A stretch of DNA of 64,000 bases. Source: an uncultured Alphaproteobacteria bacterium (GTDB lineage Bacteria; Pseudomonadota; Alphaproteobacteria; HIMB59; GCA-002718135). This document shows, piece after piece, positions 47,547 through 57,852 of this stretch. The notes beneath the pieces were generated by a model, which saw nothing but the letters and a program-made list of their open reading frames with translations, was not told where the DNA came from and searched no databases. Numbering within the stretch: position 1 is the stretch's first letter; each line of letters begins with the position of its first letter. The DNA is taken from positions 49,748 to 113,747 of the forward strand of contig CACFLO010000001.1 of NCBI GenBank assembly GCA_902567135.1. Direction: 5' to 3'. A program made the position numbers and the translations under genes.

Positions 47547-48746
47547 ATGGAAAAAGAAATTTATAAACTCATAGATAAGGAAAAGCTACGTGTTGTTAGT
47601 GAAAATATAGATAAAGCGCACGGTCTTCCCAATGAATGTTATTTAAATGGACCTTATAGTAAAATTGAACGTAAAAAAATCTTTGAAGAAAAGTGGGTTA
47701 CAATAGGCGTTGCAAGTTCAGTCCCTAATCCAGGAGATGTTAAACCTTTTGATCTACTTGGTATTCCACTAATCATAGTTAGGGATAAACAAAAAAAAAT
47801 TAGAGTTTTTCATAATGTTTGTAGTCACCGAGGATATAAGTTAGTTAATAAAACTTGTGCTATAAAAAATATATTAAGATGTCCTTATCACTCATGGTCA
47901 TATGACTTGGAAGGAAATTTGATTGCCACCCCTCATTTAGGTGGAATAAATAAACATGAGCATCAGGATTTTGATAAATCCAAAAGTGGATTAAAAGAAG
48001 TGCGATCATCTGTTTGGCTCGACTTAATCATGGTAAATATTTCAGGCAATGAATTACCTTTTGAAAAATATATAGAACCGCTTGAAAATAGATGGTCTGA
48101 CTTTTGGACAAAACAAGATCAAGAAATGATCTGTCATGCTCAAGATTATGGATATTTCAAATTAGAAGCAAAATGTAATTGGAAATTTGCAATAGAAAAC
48201 TATTGTGAAAGTTATCACTTACCTTTCGTACATCCTGGTCTAAATGCCTATTCAAAAATTGATGATCATTATCATATACAAGGATTACCTAATCGTTTTG
48301 CTGGACAAGGCACACTTGTGTATAATCCTAGATTTGAAAATAATGAAAAATTCCCAAGATTCCCTGGATGGAGAAAGGAGAAAGAAGAACATGCTGAATA
48401 CGTCGCTCTATTTCCAAACGTAATGCTTGGTATTCACAAAGACCATTATTATGCTTATTGGTTAGAGCCTGTTGAACATAATTTTACTAAAGAACATATG
48501 GAAATCTATTATGTCGGTGAAGATGCTGCTCTTGATGATTCATATAAATCATTAAGAAAACAAAATTATGAACAATGGCATAGCATTCAAACTGAAGATT
48601 TAAATATTATTGAAGGTATGCAGGAAGGAAGAAATTCACCTGTTTACAATGGTGGTAATTTTTCTCCAGTTCTTGATAATCCTACTCACCATTTTAATAA
48701 GTGGGTAGCCACTTCATTGACCGATAATGATTTTTCAAAAAATTAA
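47547..48746 (+). CDS. Rieske non-heme iron oxygenase alpha subunit (betaine/choline monooxygenase-like)
   Basis: CSHRG..CPYHSW Rieske motif; NWK..ENYCESYHLPFVH; C-terminal ED..I.E.MQ.G. Confidence 0.88.
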   Translation: MEKEIYKLIDKEKLRVVSENIDKAHGLPNECYLNGPYSKIERKKIFEEKWVTIGVASSVPNPGDVKPFDLLGIPLIIVRDKQKKIRVFHNVCSHRGYKLVNKTCAIKNILRCPYHSWSYDLEGNLIATPHLGGINKHEHQDFDKSKSGLKEVRSSVWLDLIMVNISGNELPFEKYIEPLENRWSDFWTKQDQEMICHAQDYGYFKLEAKCNWKFAIENYCESYHLPFVHPGLNAYSKIDDHYHIQGLPNRFAGQGTLVYNPRFENNEKFPRFPGWRKEKEEHAEYVALFPNVMLGIHKDHYYAYWLEPVEHNFTKEHMEIYYVGEDAALDDSYKSLRKQNYEQWHSIQTEDLNIIEGMQEGRNSPVYNGGNFSPVLDNPTHHFNKWVATSLTDNDFSKN

Positions 48747-48757
48747 ATAATAATTAT

Positions 48758-50800
48758 ATGACAGACTCATTACTTCAATCATTTAAATTGAAACATTTGA
48801 ATCTAAAAAATCGAATTATTACTACAAGTCATGAACCAGCCTATAATGAGGATGGATTTCCAAAAGATAGATATGTAGCCTATCATTTAGAGAGAGCAAA
48901 AGGAGGCATAGCTATGACTATGACTGCAGGATCAACTGTAGTTTCAAAAGATAGCCCTCCTTCATTTGACAATATTCATGCCTACAAAGATGAAGTTGTT
49001 CCTTGGATTAAAAAACTTACTGAAGCTATTCATGATCAGGATTGTAAAATTATGATTCAGTTAACACATCTTGGAAGAAGAACTTCTTGGAATAAAGGTG
49101 ATTGGCTTCCATCTATTTCATCAGGAAAACACCGGGAACCTGCGCATAAAGCATTTCCAAAAGTTGCTGAGAGCTGGGACATTGAAAGAATCATTAAAGA
49201 ATATGGTGATGCTGCTGAGAGAATGAAACAAGGTGGTATGGACGGTGTTGAACTTGAAGGTCAAGGTCATTTAATTGGTCAATTTCTCTCCCCTTTAACG
49301 AATGAATTAGAAACAGAATATGGTGGTAGTTTAGAAAATAGATTACGTTTTACACTTGATGTTCTTTCAGACATTAGAAGCAAAGTCGGTCAAAAATTTA
49401 TTGTAGGAATCCGTTGTGTCTTTGATGAAGTGGAAAAAGGAGGAATAACTAAATCAGATGGATTAAAAATTGCAAAAATCTTATCTGGTTCAGGTTTAAT
49501 AGATTATTTAAACATCAATAGAGGCAGAATACATACTGATCCAATACTAACTAAACATATTCCCATTCAAGGAATGAAAAGTGCTCCGCATCTCGAATTT
49601 GCAGGAGAAATAAAAAAAGAAGTAAATTTACCAATTTTTCATGCATCTAAAATTTCTGATGTAGCAACTGCTAGGTATGCAATTTCAAATGGATTGGTTG
49701 ATATGATAGGTATGACAAGAGGTCATTTAGCAGACCCGCATATTGTAAAAAAAATAAAAGAAAAAAGAGAAGATGATATTAGACCTTGTGTTGGGGCTAC
49801 TTATTGTTTGGACAGAATTTATCAAGGTGAGGAGGCTCTTTGTATTCATAATGCGGCAACAGGAAGAGAATTAAAATTTCCAAATATTATTAGTAAATCA
49901 AAAATAAAAAAGAAAATTGTTGTAGTTGGTGCTGGGCCTGGAGGACTTGAAGCGGCAAGAATAGCAGCAGAAAGAGGTCATGAGGTTATAGTTTTTGAAG
50001 CAGCACCTGATCCTGGAGGACAAGTTAGATTATGCGCAAAATCTACAAGAAGAAAAGATATGATGGGTATTATTGATTGGAGAATGCAGCAATGCATAAA
50101 GAAAAATGTTAAATTCAATTTTAATATTATTGCTGAAGCTCAAGATTTGATTAATGAAAACCCTGACACTATAATCATTGCGACAGGAGGTATGCCAAAC
50201 CTCGAACTTTTTGAAACAAAAAAAGATTTAGAAAATGTTTTTACAAGCTGGGATATAATTTCAGGGGACGTCAAGTTAGCTGAAAATATATTAATCTATG
50301 ATGAGGCAGGTGATCATACAGCTATGCAATCAGCAGAAATAGCTATAGAGAAAGGGTCAACTGTTGAATTTATGACACCAGATAGGTTAATTTCTTCTGA
50401 AATAATGGGGATGAATTTAACTCCTTATTTAAAAAATCTTCAAAATAAAAAAATAACATATTCCATTGCTAAAAGATTGATAGATGTATCAATAAAAGGA
50501 AACAAATTAAATGCTACAATTGGTTCTGATTATGATGAAAATTTTAAAAACAACTCTATTTACGATCAAATTTTTTTAAACTACGGAGTAAAACCTTTAG
50601 ACGAATTATATTTTAATCTTGTATCTTTTTCCAAAAATGAAGGTGAAGTGAACTACACTAAATTTATAAAAGGTGAGATACAAAATATTATTAAAAATAA
50701 AAATAACAAATTTAATCTATATAGAATAGGAGATGCTGTTTCTTCTAGAAATATCCATGCAGCTATTTATGATGCTTTAAGATTAGTAATAAATTTATAA
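48758..50800 (+). CDS. stcD: N-methylproline demethylase-like flavin/Fe-S oxidoreductase (StcD/HpbA)
   Basis: TSHEPAY.EDG.PKDRY, MTAGS..VSKDSPP, QLTHLGRRT.W.KGDWLP, CVGATYCLDRIY....LCIHN. Confidence 0.8.
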   Translation: MTDSLLQSFKLKHLNLKNRIITTSHEPAYNEDGFPKDRYVAYHLERAKGGIAMTMTAGSTVVSKDSPPSFDNIHAYKDEVVPWIKKLTEAIHDQDCKIMIQLTHLGRRTSWNKGDWLPSISSGKHREPAHKAFPKVAESWDIERIIKEYGDAAERMKQGGMDGVELEGQGHLIGQFLSPLTNELETEYGGSLENRLRFTLDVLSDIRSKVGQKFIVGIRCVFDEVEKGGITKSDGLKIAKILSGSGLIDYLNINRGRIHTDPILTKHIPIQGMKSAPHLEFAGEIKKEVNLPIFHASKISDVATARYAISNGLVDMIGMTRGHLADPHIVKKIKEKREDDIRPCVGATYCLDRIYQGEEALCIHNAATGRELKFPNIISKSKIKKKIVVVGAGPGGLEAARIAAERGHEVIVFEAAPDPGGQVRLCAKSTRRKDMMGIIDWRMQQCIKKNVKFNFNIIAEAQDLINENPDTIIIATGGMPNLELFETKKDLENVFTSWDIISGDVKLAENILIYDEAGDHTAMQSAEIAIEKGSTVEFMTPDRLISSEIMGMNLTPYLKNLQNKKITYSIAKRLIDVSIKGNKLNATIGSDYDENFKNNSIYDQIFLNYGVKPLDELYFNLVSFSKNEGEVNYTKFIKGEIQNIIKNKNNKFNLYRIGDAVSSRNIHAAIYDALRLVINL

Positions 50801-50806
50801 ATACAA

Positions 50807-52081
50807 TTAAACCAAATCAAGAGGTATTGAAGATAACAATTCCAGCCCCTTTTCAGTAACTAAATATTGATCTTCTAATTTTGCCCCTTCATTTGCTCCG
50901 ACCTCCCCAATATAGCTTTCAACACACACCACCATATTTTCTTGAAAAATTCCACTATAATCCCCATTACTATAATCTGCATTCGGATAGCCAATATACG
51001 GCCATTCATCACTCATTCCAACACCATGTATTTGACATGGATAATGATTATCAAAACAATTGTCTGGAAGTTGCCAAGCTTTTTCTGCAAATTCTCTGAA
51101 AGATAATCCAGGCTTAATTAATTGCTCATTGTATTTTACATTTTCATAAGCCAAGCTATGAATTTTATTTTGATAATTGCTTAATTTTTTTCCTTCTACA
51201 AATGTTCTTGAAATATCAGCACAATATCCATAAGGCCCAACCATATCTGTATCAAAAGCAACGAGTTCACCTTCTTCGATAATTCTATTACTGCACTCTT
51301 GAAACCAGGGATTGGTTTTTGGACCTGAATTTAATAATCTTGTTTCAAACCACTCACCTCCATTTTCAATGTTTGTTTTATGTAAAATTGACCACAATTC
51401 TTCTTCTGTCATGCCAGCTTTTAAATTTTCATGCATAAGTAAAATACCTTTCTCAGCTGTTTTAATTGAAGCTTTCATACATATAATTTCATCTTGGGAC
51501 TTTATGGATCTTGCAATTTCCATAAATTTTTGAGCGTTAATTATGTCGTATTCATAATTATTATTTAAAGCATTGATACCGGCTGGATCACAAACATCGA
51601 TAATAAGTTTTTTATTTTCAGAACTATATTGCTTCATTAGGTCATCTATTACCTTTGACCATTCAAGAGCTTTATCATAAACATTATTTCCCCAAGTAAA
51701 ATGATCCCAACTGATCACTTCTCTTACTTCATCGATGGTACAATTATTCTCGTAAATATGTTCACAATTTGGGTATTCAAATAATATTACTGGTCCATTG
51801 GCAGGAATAAAAACGTATCGCGTCATCAGATGAAAAGAAAATACTGACATATTTCTTGTATCCGTAGCATAACGAATATTTATCGGATCAAATAAGATAC
51901 ATGCACCTATTTCATTTTGTTGTAATTGATCTCTTACTCTATTTAATCGATACATTCGCATACGATCAAAATTAATTTTATCTTCATAAAGTTTTGGTTT
52001 GAAACTGTTGTTTACAACAGAATCTTTTTCCCCAAACTTCGGACCAATTTTTCTATTGATATTTTTTGTATTAAAATTCAT
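50807..52081 (-). CDS. dddP: DddP-like M24 metallopeptidase-fold enzyme (putative DMSP lyase)
   Basis: FDPINIRYATD, GGEWFETRLL.SGP.TNPWFQEC, DTD.VG.YG.CADISR, HGVG..DEWP, CVE, KLEDQ. Confidence 0.72.
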   Translation of the reverse strand: MNFNTKNINRKIGPKFGEKDSVVNNSFKPKLYEDKINFDRMRMYRLNRVRDQLQQNEIGACILFDPINIRYATDTRNMSVFSFHLMTRYVFIPANGPVILFEYPNCEHIYENNCTIDEVREVISWDHFTWGNNVYDKALEWSKVIDDLMKQYSSENKKLIIDVCDPAGINALNNNYEYDIINAQKFMEIARSIKSQDEIICMKASIKTAEKGILLMHENLKAGMTEEELWSILHKTNIENGGEWFETRLLNSGPKTNPWFQECSNRIIEEGELVAFDTDMVGPYGYCADISRTFVEGKKLSNYQNKIHSLAYENVKYNEQLIKPGLSFREFAEKAWQLPDNCFDNHYPCQIHGVGMSDEWPYIGYPNADYSNGDYSGIFQENMVVCVESYIGEVGANEGAKLEDQYLVTEKGLELLSSIPLDLV

Positions 52082-52127
52082 TTTATAATAATATACAACA
52101 TACTTATAAATAAAAACAGGGGAAGAT

Positions 52128-52505
52128 ATGGATGAAGAATTATTTAAAAAAGGTTTAGAAAAAAGAAAAGCTACCTTAGGTAAAGAATATGTTGAAAAAA
52201 ATTTAGAACAAGCTGATGATTTTACCCTGCCTTTTCAAAAGGCTATGACTGAATGGTGTTGGGGTTTTGGTTGGGGAGATGAAGTAATTGATATGAAAAC
52301 TCGATCAATGATGAACCTATCAATGATTGGGGCTTTAGGTAAAATGCAAGAATGGGAAATTCATTGCAGAGGAGCAATAACGAATGGAGTATCTAAAGAA
52401 GAAATAAGGGCTATTATTCATGTTATAGGAATTTATTGTGGTGTACCTCAGGCGTTAGAGTGTTTTAAAGTGGCAAAAAAAGTGTTTGGAGAAAAAAATC
52501 TTTAA
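52128..52505 (+). CDS. Carboxymuconolactone decarboxylase (CMD/AhpD-like) family protein
   Basis: GL..R..TLG..YV, TEWCWG..W, H..GA..NG, IYCGVP. Confidence 0.85.
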   Translation: MDEELFKKGLEKRKATLGKEYVEKNLEQADDFTLPFQKAMTEWCWGFGWGDEVIDMKTRSMMNLSMIGALGKMQEWEIHCRGAITNGVSKEEIRAIIHVIGIYCGVPQALECFKVAKKVFGEKNL

Positions 52506-52513
52506 ATTGATTT

Positions 52514-53434
52514 TTAACTATAAATATAAAAAATATAACTAATGTATAATAGTAAACTTATAGATCCATAGGTTCTTCCAATTCTTTTTAAAAAAAACAT
52601 AAATCCTAAGATCATCAAAGTTACAAATAACATAAATAGTAAATCCTCAGAACCTATTACTGCTGGTATGCTAAAGTTGCCAAAAAAAGAAGAAATACCT
52701 AATACACCCAAGATATTATATATATTTGATCCCAAAACATTACCAAGAGCAAAATCAACTTTACGTCTAATTGCTGATAAAATTCCAACTACAAGCTCAG
52801 GAAGTGAAGTACCAAATGCAACTAATGATACACCTATTACAGCTTCTGGAATATTTAATTCATTTGCAATATTAATTGCCGATTTAACAAAAAGATCTGA
52901 TCCGTAAATAAGCAATAATATTCCAACTAAAATAAATATTATTGATATGATAAGAGAATAATCTCCTTTTTCGTTAACATCAGAAACATCAAGTGAGCCC
53001 TGTTTCACTTGCATGTACATTATAAAAAATAATAGACAAACAGATAAAATGCCAAAAAGAAAATTAAAAGGTAAAATAAAAAAACTCATAGTTATTAAAA
53101 CTAAAGCTAAGAAAATGTTTATCCAAGCTTGGTTAATTTGATTTTGGTTAATATTACTAATAGGAATTAAAAAAGATGTTGCGGCCATAACAAGTATTAA
53201 ATTAGCAATATTGCTTCCAATAACAGCGCCAACAGCTAAATCAGCATGATTTTTAACTACAGCATTAATACTACTTGCTAATTCTGGTAAAGATGTTCCT
53301 CCAGCAATAATAACTACGCCTATAGCAAATAGTGAAACTTTTAATTTTTTGCCAAAACTTATCGAACCTCTAATAATTAACTCAGCACCTAAAACAAGCA
53401 GGCCTAAACCTATAAACAAAAATATTAAATTCAC
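52514..53434 (-). CDS. Calcium/sodium antiporter (YrbG family)
   Basis: Two GTSLPEL and two GSNI alpha-repeats. Confidence 0.92.
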   Translation of the reverse strand: MNLIFLFIGLGLLVLGAELIIRGSISFGKKLKVSLFAIGVVIIAGGTSLPELASSINAVVKNHADLAVGAVIGSNIANLILVMAATSFLIPISNINQNQINQAWINIFLALVLITMSFFILPFNFLFGILSVCLLFFIMYMQVKQGSLDVSDVNEKGDYSLIISIIFILVGILLLIYGSDLFVKSAINIANELNIPEAVIGVSLVAFGTSLPELVVGILSAIRRKVDFALGNVLGSNIYNILGVLGISSFFGNFSIPAVIGSEDLLFMLFVTLMILGFMFFLKRIGRTYGSISLLLYISYIFYIYS

Positions 53435-53508
53435 ATGTTCTTATTAATTTATTTTATAAAAAAAGATATAAGCAAAGACTAATCAATGATTATTGCAAAT
53501 CAATAAGT

Positions 53509-55278
53509 TTATTGAACGACAGTATCCTGACTATTAATGCCCGCTACTTCAACTGGTGCTTTCATTGCATCTCTCCTAAATGGCTCACCAAGTTCTTGAT
53601 TTAGAATGACTTCGATAAAAGTTGTAATACCATTCATTTGATCAACACATGATGCTTTAAGAGCTTCTGTTAACTCTGATTGAGTTGTAACTTTAACACC
53701 TTTAAAGCCGCATGCTTCTGCAATTTTTGCATAACTTAATTTTGGATCAAGTTCTGTTCCAATAAAGTTGTTATCGTACCAAAGGGTGGTATTTCTTTTC
53801 TCTGCTCCCCATTGATAATTTCGAAATATAACCATTGTAATATTTGGCCACTCTTCTCGACTACATGAAGTCATCTCACTCATACTAATTCCAAAAGCAC
53901 CATCGCCAGAAAAACCTACAACTGGTGTATTAGGACAACCAATTTTTGCACCTAAAACAGATGGAAAACCATAACCGCATGGTCCAAATAAACCTGGAGC
54001 TAAGTATTTTCTTCCTTTTTCAAAAGTAGGATAAGCATTACCAATTGCACAGTTATTACCAATATCACTTGAAATTATAGCATCATCGGGTAAGCCTGCT
54101 TGAATAGCTCTCCAAGCCATACGTGGTGACATTCTATCAGGATCTCTCTCCCTTGAATCTTTATTCCATGTTGTGCCTTCATCATCTTCTTCATGATCTA
54201 AACTTGTTAGTGTTTGAAGCCATGCTGATTTAGTCTGATGTATTAATGCTTTTCTATCTTCTCTTCCACTATCTCCTGCAGTTGAAGATAATTGACTTAG
54301 AATTTGTTGAGCAACAAGCTTAGCATCACCACAAATTCCTACTGATATTTTTTTTGCTAAACCAATTCTATCAGAGTTAAAATCAACTTGAATTATTTTT
54401 GCCTCTTTTGGCCAGTAATCAATTCCATAACCAGGTAGTGTTGAAAAAGGATTTAATCTTGTTCCAAGTGCTAGTACTACATCGGCCTTGGAAATAATTT
54501 CCATTGCTGCTTTAGATCCGTTGTATCCAAGTGGGCCAATCGCAAGTGGATGTTTTCCTGGAAAACTATCGTTGTGTTGATATCCACAAGCTACAGGAGC
54601 ATCTAATTTTTCAGCAATTTTTTTACAATCTCCAATAGCATCAGCAAGAACTACACCTGCTCCAGATAATATTACTGGAAATTTTGCATTTGATAAAAGT
54701 TTTGCAGCCTCAGTAATTGCTGCAGCTCCTCCAGATGGTCTTTCAAATTCAATAATAGAGGGTAATTCAATATCAACAACCTGGGTCCAGAAATCTCGTG
54801 GAACATTTATTTGCGCTGGGGCTGATCCTCTTTTAGCTTTTAATATTACTCTATTTAACACTTCTGCCATTCTAGACGCATCACGAACTTCTTCTTGATA
54901 ACACACCATATCTTTAAATAAATTCATTTGCTCTACTTCTTGAAAACCACCTTGACCCATTGTTTTATTTGCTGCTTGAGGAGTAACTAAAAGCATCGGT
55001 GTGTGATTCCAATAAGCTGTTTTTATTGGTGTTACTAATCCAGTTATACCTGGTCCATTTTGTGCAATACACATAGCAATTTTACCAGTTGATCTTGTAT
55101 AGCCATCTGCGATTAAACCACCATTTGACTCATGTGCTACATCCCAAAAAGTAATACCAGCTTTTGGAAAAAGATCTGAAATTGGCATAAAAGCTGATCC
55201 TATTATTCCAAAAGAATGTTGTATTCCATGCATTTGTAAAACTTTTACAAAAGCTTCCTCAGTAGTCATTTTAGCCAT
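53509..55278 (-). CDS. xsc: Sulfoacetaldehyde acetyltransferase
   Basis: MTTEEAFVKVLQMHG, FGIIGSAFM, AQNGPG, SSDIGNNCAI, GDGAFG...NYQWGAEKRN, LGEPFRRDAM; GGAG RBS fits ATG at 55278. Confidence 0.95.
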   Translation of the reverse strand: MAKMTTEEAFVKVLQMHGIQHSFGIIGSAFMPISDLFPKAGITFWDVAHESNGGLIADGYTRSTGKIAMCIAQNGPGITGLVTPIKTAYWNHTPMLLVTPQAANKTMGQGGFQEVEQMNLFKDMVCYQEEVRDASRMAEVLNRVILKAKRGSAPAQINVPRDFWTQVVDIELPSIIEFERPSGGAAAITEAAKLLSNAKFPVILSGAGVVLADAIGDCKKIAEKLDAPVACGYQHNDSFPGKHPLAIGPLGYNGSKAAMEIISKADVVLALGTRLNPFSTLPGYGIDYWPKEAKIIQVDFNSDRIGLAKKISVGICGDAKLVAQQILSQLSSTAGDSGREDRKALIHQTKSAWLQTLTSLDHEEDDEGTTWNKDSRERDPDRMSPRMAWRAIQAGLPDDAIISSDIGNNCAIGNAYPTFEKGRKYLAPGLFGPCGYGFPSVLGAKIGCPNTPVVGFSGDGAFGISMSEMTSCSREEWPNITMVIFRNYQWGAEKRNTTLWYDNNFIGTELDPKLSYAKIAEACGFKGVKVTTQSELTEALKASCVDQMNGITTFIEVILNQELGEPFRRDAMKAPVEVAGINSQDTVVQ

Positions 55279-55387
55279 CTTCACATCTCCAATTAGTGTA
55301 TTATCTTTTTTATTTAGACTTATTTACTAATATTCTATTTTTTGAGTATAATAATTTAAGTTCATAATCTAGAAAATTAATAACATA

Positions 55388-57277
55388 ATGAAAAAAAAAG
55401 AGCAAAAAACTAATTATAAACTTGAAAATATTCAGCCAAATCTGAAAGGACAAGAGATAATAAAGTTTATAGCTAAAACTCTTCCTAATCAACCAGGGGT
55501 TTACCAAATGGAGGATGAAGATGGAAAAATATTATATATTGGAAAAGCAAAGAACCTTGCAAAAAGAGTTATAAATTACACAAGTCTAAATAACCTGACA
55601 CGTCGACTACAGAGAATGGTCAGTCTTACAAAACAAATAAATTTTGTTGTTACTAATACTGAGATTGAAGCATTACTCCTTGAGTGCAATTTAATCAAAA
55701 GACATAAACCACAGTTTAATATTATTTTAAGAGATGATAAGTCGTTCCCTTATATTCTTATAAATAAAGAACACCAATTCCCCAGACTACAAAAATACCG
55801 AGGTAGAAAAAATATAAAAGGAGATTACTATGGTCCTTTTGTTTCTCCCTCTGTCGCAGATTATACATTAATTGCTCTTCAAAAAGCATTTTTATTAAGA
55901 AGTTGCTCTGAGGGAACATTTAAAAACAGATCAAGACCTTGCTTATTATATGATATCAAGCGATGCAGTGGACCTTGTGTAAATTATATAAATGAAGCTA
56001 AATATAAGGAGAGTATCGATGATGCAAAAAAATTTTTAAAAGGTAATACAAAAACAATAGAAAAAAAACTTAATAAAAAAATGAAAATTGCAAGCAAAAA
56101 TCAAATGTTTGAAGAGGCGGCAAGATTAAGAGATAGAATTAAATCAGTAAGTCAGATTCAAAAGTATCAGTCTGTATATATTAAAGACATGCGCAACATT
56201 GATATTTTTGCAATTAAACTTATTAATAATAAAAGTTGTATACACGGAAAATTTTATAGAAACGGAAGTAATTATGGAAATAAATCATTTTTCCCTTCAC
56301 ATGAAGATACAAGCGAGGATAGTGAAATACTTGAGTCTTTTTTATATCAATTTTATGCTGATAAAGATATTCCACCAAAAATATTGGTAAATATTAATGA
56401 AGATTTTTTTAGAGATGTTGAGAGAACACTAAATAAAAAAAATAAATTAAAAACTAAAATACTCAAACCTAAGTCTGGAGAAAAACTTCAACATATTTTG
56501 CTTGCTGAAAAAAATGCTCTTGAGAGTATTAAGCTTAAAAAAACAAGTTTAGAAAATCATCATTTAGCTCTCCACTCATTAGCTCGTCTATTAAAAAGAA
56601 AAAATGAAATAACTAGAGTAGAATCATATGATAACAGTCATACTTTTGGCAAAAATTCTGTTGGTGTAATGGTTGTTGCTGACAAAGAAGGGTTAAGCCC
56701 AAAACATTATAGAAAATTTAATATTCGATATGATTTGAAAGACAACAATATATCCAAAATTGATGATTATTATATGATGGAAGAAGTACTAACTAGAAGA
56801 TTAAGTAAAATTAATCCAAATGATAAATTTCAAGTACCTGATGTAATAATTATTGATGGAGGAAGAGGTCAATTCAACAGTGTATCAAAAATTTTAAAAA
56901 AATTTAAATTAGAAAAAATAGATTTATTAAGTATTTCTAAGGGGCCTGAGAGAAATGTAGGAAGAGAAATTATCCATCTTGAAAAGAAAAATTTAAATTT
57001 AAAACCTAATGATAATCTGTTCAGTTTCATTCAAAGATTAAGAGATGAGGCTCATAGATTTGCAATTACAGCTCATAGATCTAGAAGGACAAAGGCTTCA
57101 ATAAAATCAGTATTTGATGAAATTAAAGGAATTGGCCCAAAAAGAAAGAAAGATTTAATGATCCATTTTGGTACAGTGCAAAAGATCAAATCAGCTTCTA
57201 TGGATGAACTAAAAAAAATTAAAACAATTCCTTTGAAAAAACTGGAGGAAATATATAAATTTTTTAATGGCTTATAG
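55388..57277 (+). CDS. uvrC: Excinuclease ABC subunit C
   Basis: PGVY, YIGKAKNL, EALLLE, LRDDKS, YDNSH, IDGG.GQ, RDEAHRFA, HhH GIG. Confidence 0.97.
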   Translation: MKKKEQKTNYKLENIQPNLKGQEIIKFIAKTLPNQPGVYQMEDEDGKILYIGKAKNLAKRVINYTSLNNLTRRLQRMVSLTKQINFVVTNTEIEALLLECNLIKRHKPQFNIILRDDKSFPYILINKEHQFPRLQKYRGRKNIKGDYYGPFVSPSVADYTLIALQKAFLLRSCSEGTFKNRSRPCLLYDIKRCSGPCVNYINEAKYKESIDDAKKFLKGNTKTIEKKLNKKMKIASKNQMFEEAARLRDRIKSVSQIQKYQSVYIKDMRNIDIFAIKLINNKSCIHGKFYRNGSNYGNKSFFPSHEDTSEDSEILESFLYQFYADKDIPPKILVNINEDFFRDVERTLNKKNKLKTKILKPKSGEKLQHILLAEKNALESIKLKKTSLENHHLALHSLARLLKRKNEITRVESYDNSHTFGKNSVGVMVVADKEGLSPKHYRKFNIRYDLKDNNISKIDDYYMMEEVLTRRLSKINPNDKFQVPDVIIIDGGRGQFNSVSKILKKFKLEKIDLLSISKGPERNVGREIIHLEKKNLNLKPNDNLFSFIQRLRDEAHRFAITAHRSRRTKASIKSVFDEIKGIGPKRKKDLMIHFGTVQKIKSASMDELKKIKTIPLKKLEEIYKFFNGL

Positions 57278-57303
57278 GTTAAACTTAATCTAAAAAAATA
57301 TTT

Positions 57304-57852
57304 ATGAAATTAAATATTTCAAATATACTGACATTAGCTAGGATAATAGTAATACCTATAATAGTTATATGTATATATCTTAAAGGTCCTTTTTATGGAT
57401 GGGTAGCTTTTATACTTTTCTGTTTAGCAAGTATCACAGATTATTTTGATGGATATATTGCACGTATAAGGAATGAAATAACAAACTTTGGAACTTTTCT
57501 TGATCCAATCGCAGACAAGTTGTTGGTAGCGGCAGTAATATTAATTTTAACATCAAAAGAAATTATTGCTGATTGGGAGACTATACCAGCTTTAATAATA
57601 TTACTAAGAGAAATAGCTGTATCTGGCTTGAGAGAATATCTTGCAAAAATAAAAGTTAGTGTGCCAGTTTCAAGAATAGCAAAAGTCAAAACATCTATTC
57701 AGTTAATTGCTTTGGCTTTTCTAATATTAAGTGAGAGCGGAATTACAATAGTTCCAATAATTTATATTGGTAAAATAGCACTATGGACTGCGGGTTTATT
57801 AACTTTATATACTGGTTATGATTATCTTAAATCTGGACTTAGGCATTTCTGA
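57304..57852 (+). CDS. pgsA: CDP-diacylglycerol--glycerol-3-phosphate 3-phosphatidyltransferase
   Basis: DYFDGYIAR...GTFLDPIADK; follows uvrC. Confidence 0.95.
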   Translation: MKLNISNILTLARIIVIPIIVICIYLKGPFYGWVAFILFCLASITDYFDGYIARIRNEITNFGTFLDPIADKLLVAAVILILTSKEIIADWETIPALIILLREIAVSGLREYLAKIKVSVPVSRIAKVKTSIQLIALAFLILSESGITIVPIIYIGKIALWTAGLLTLYTGYDYLKSGLRHF

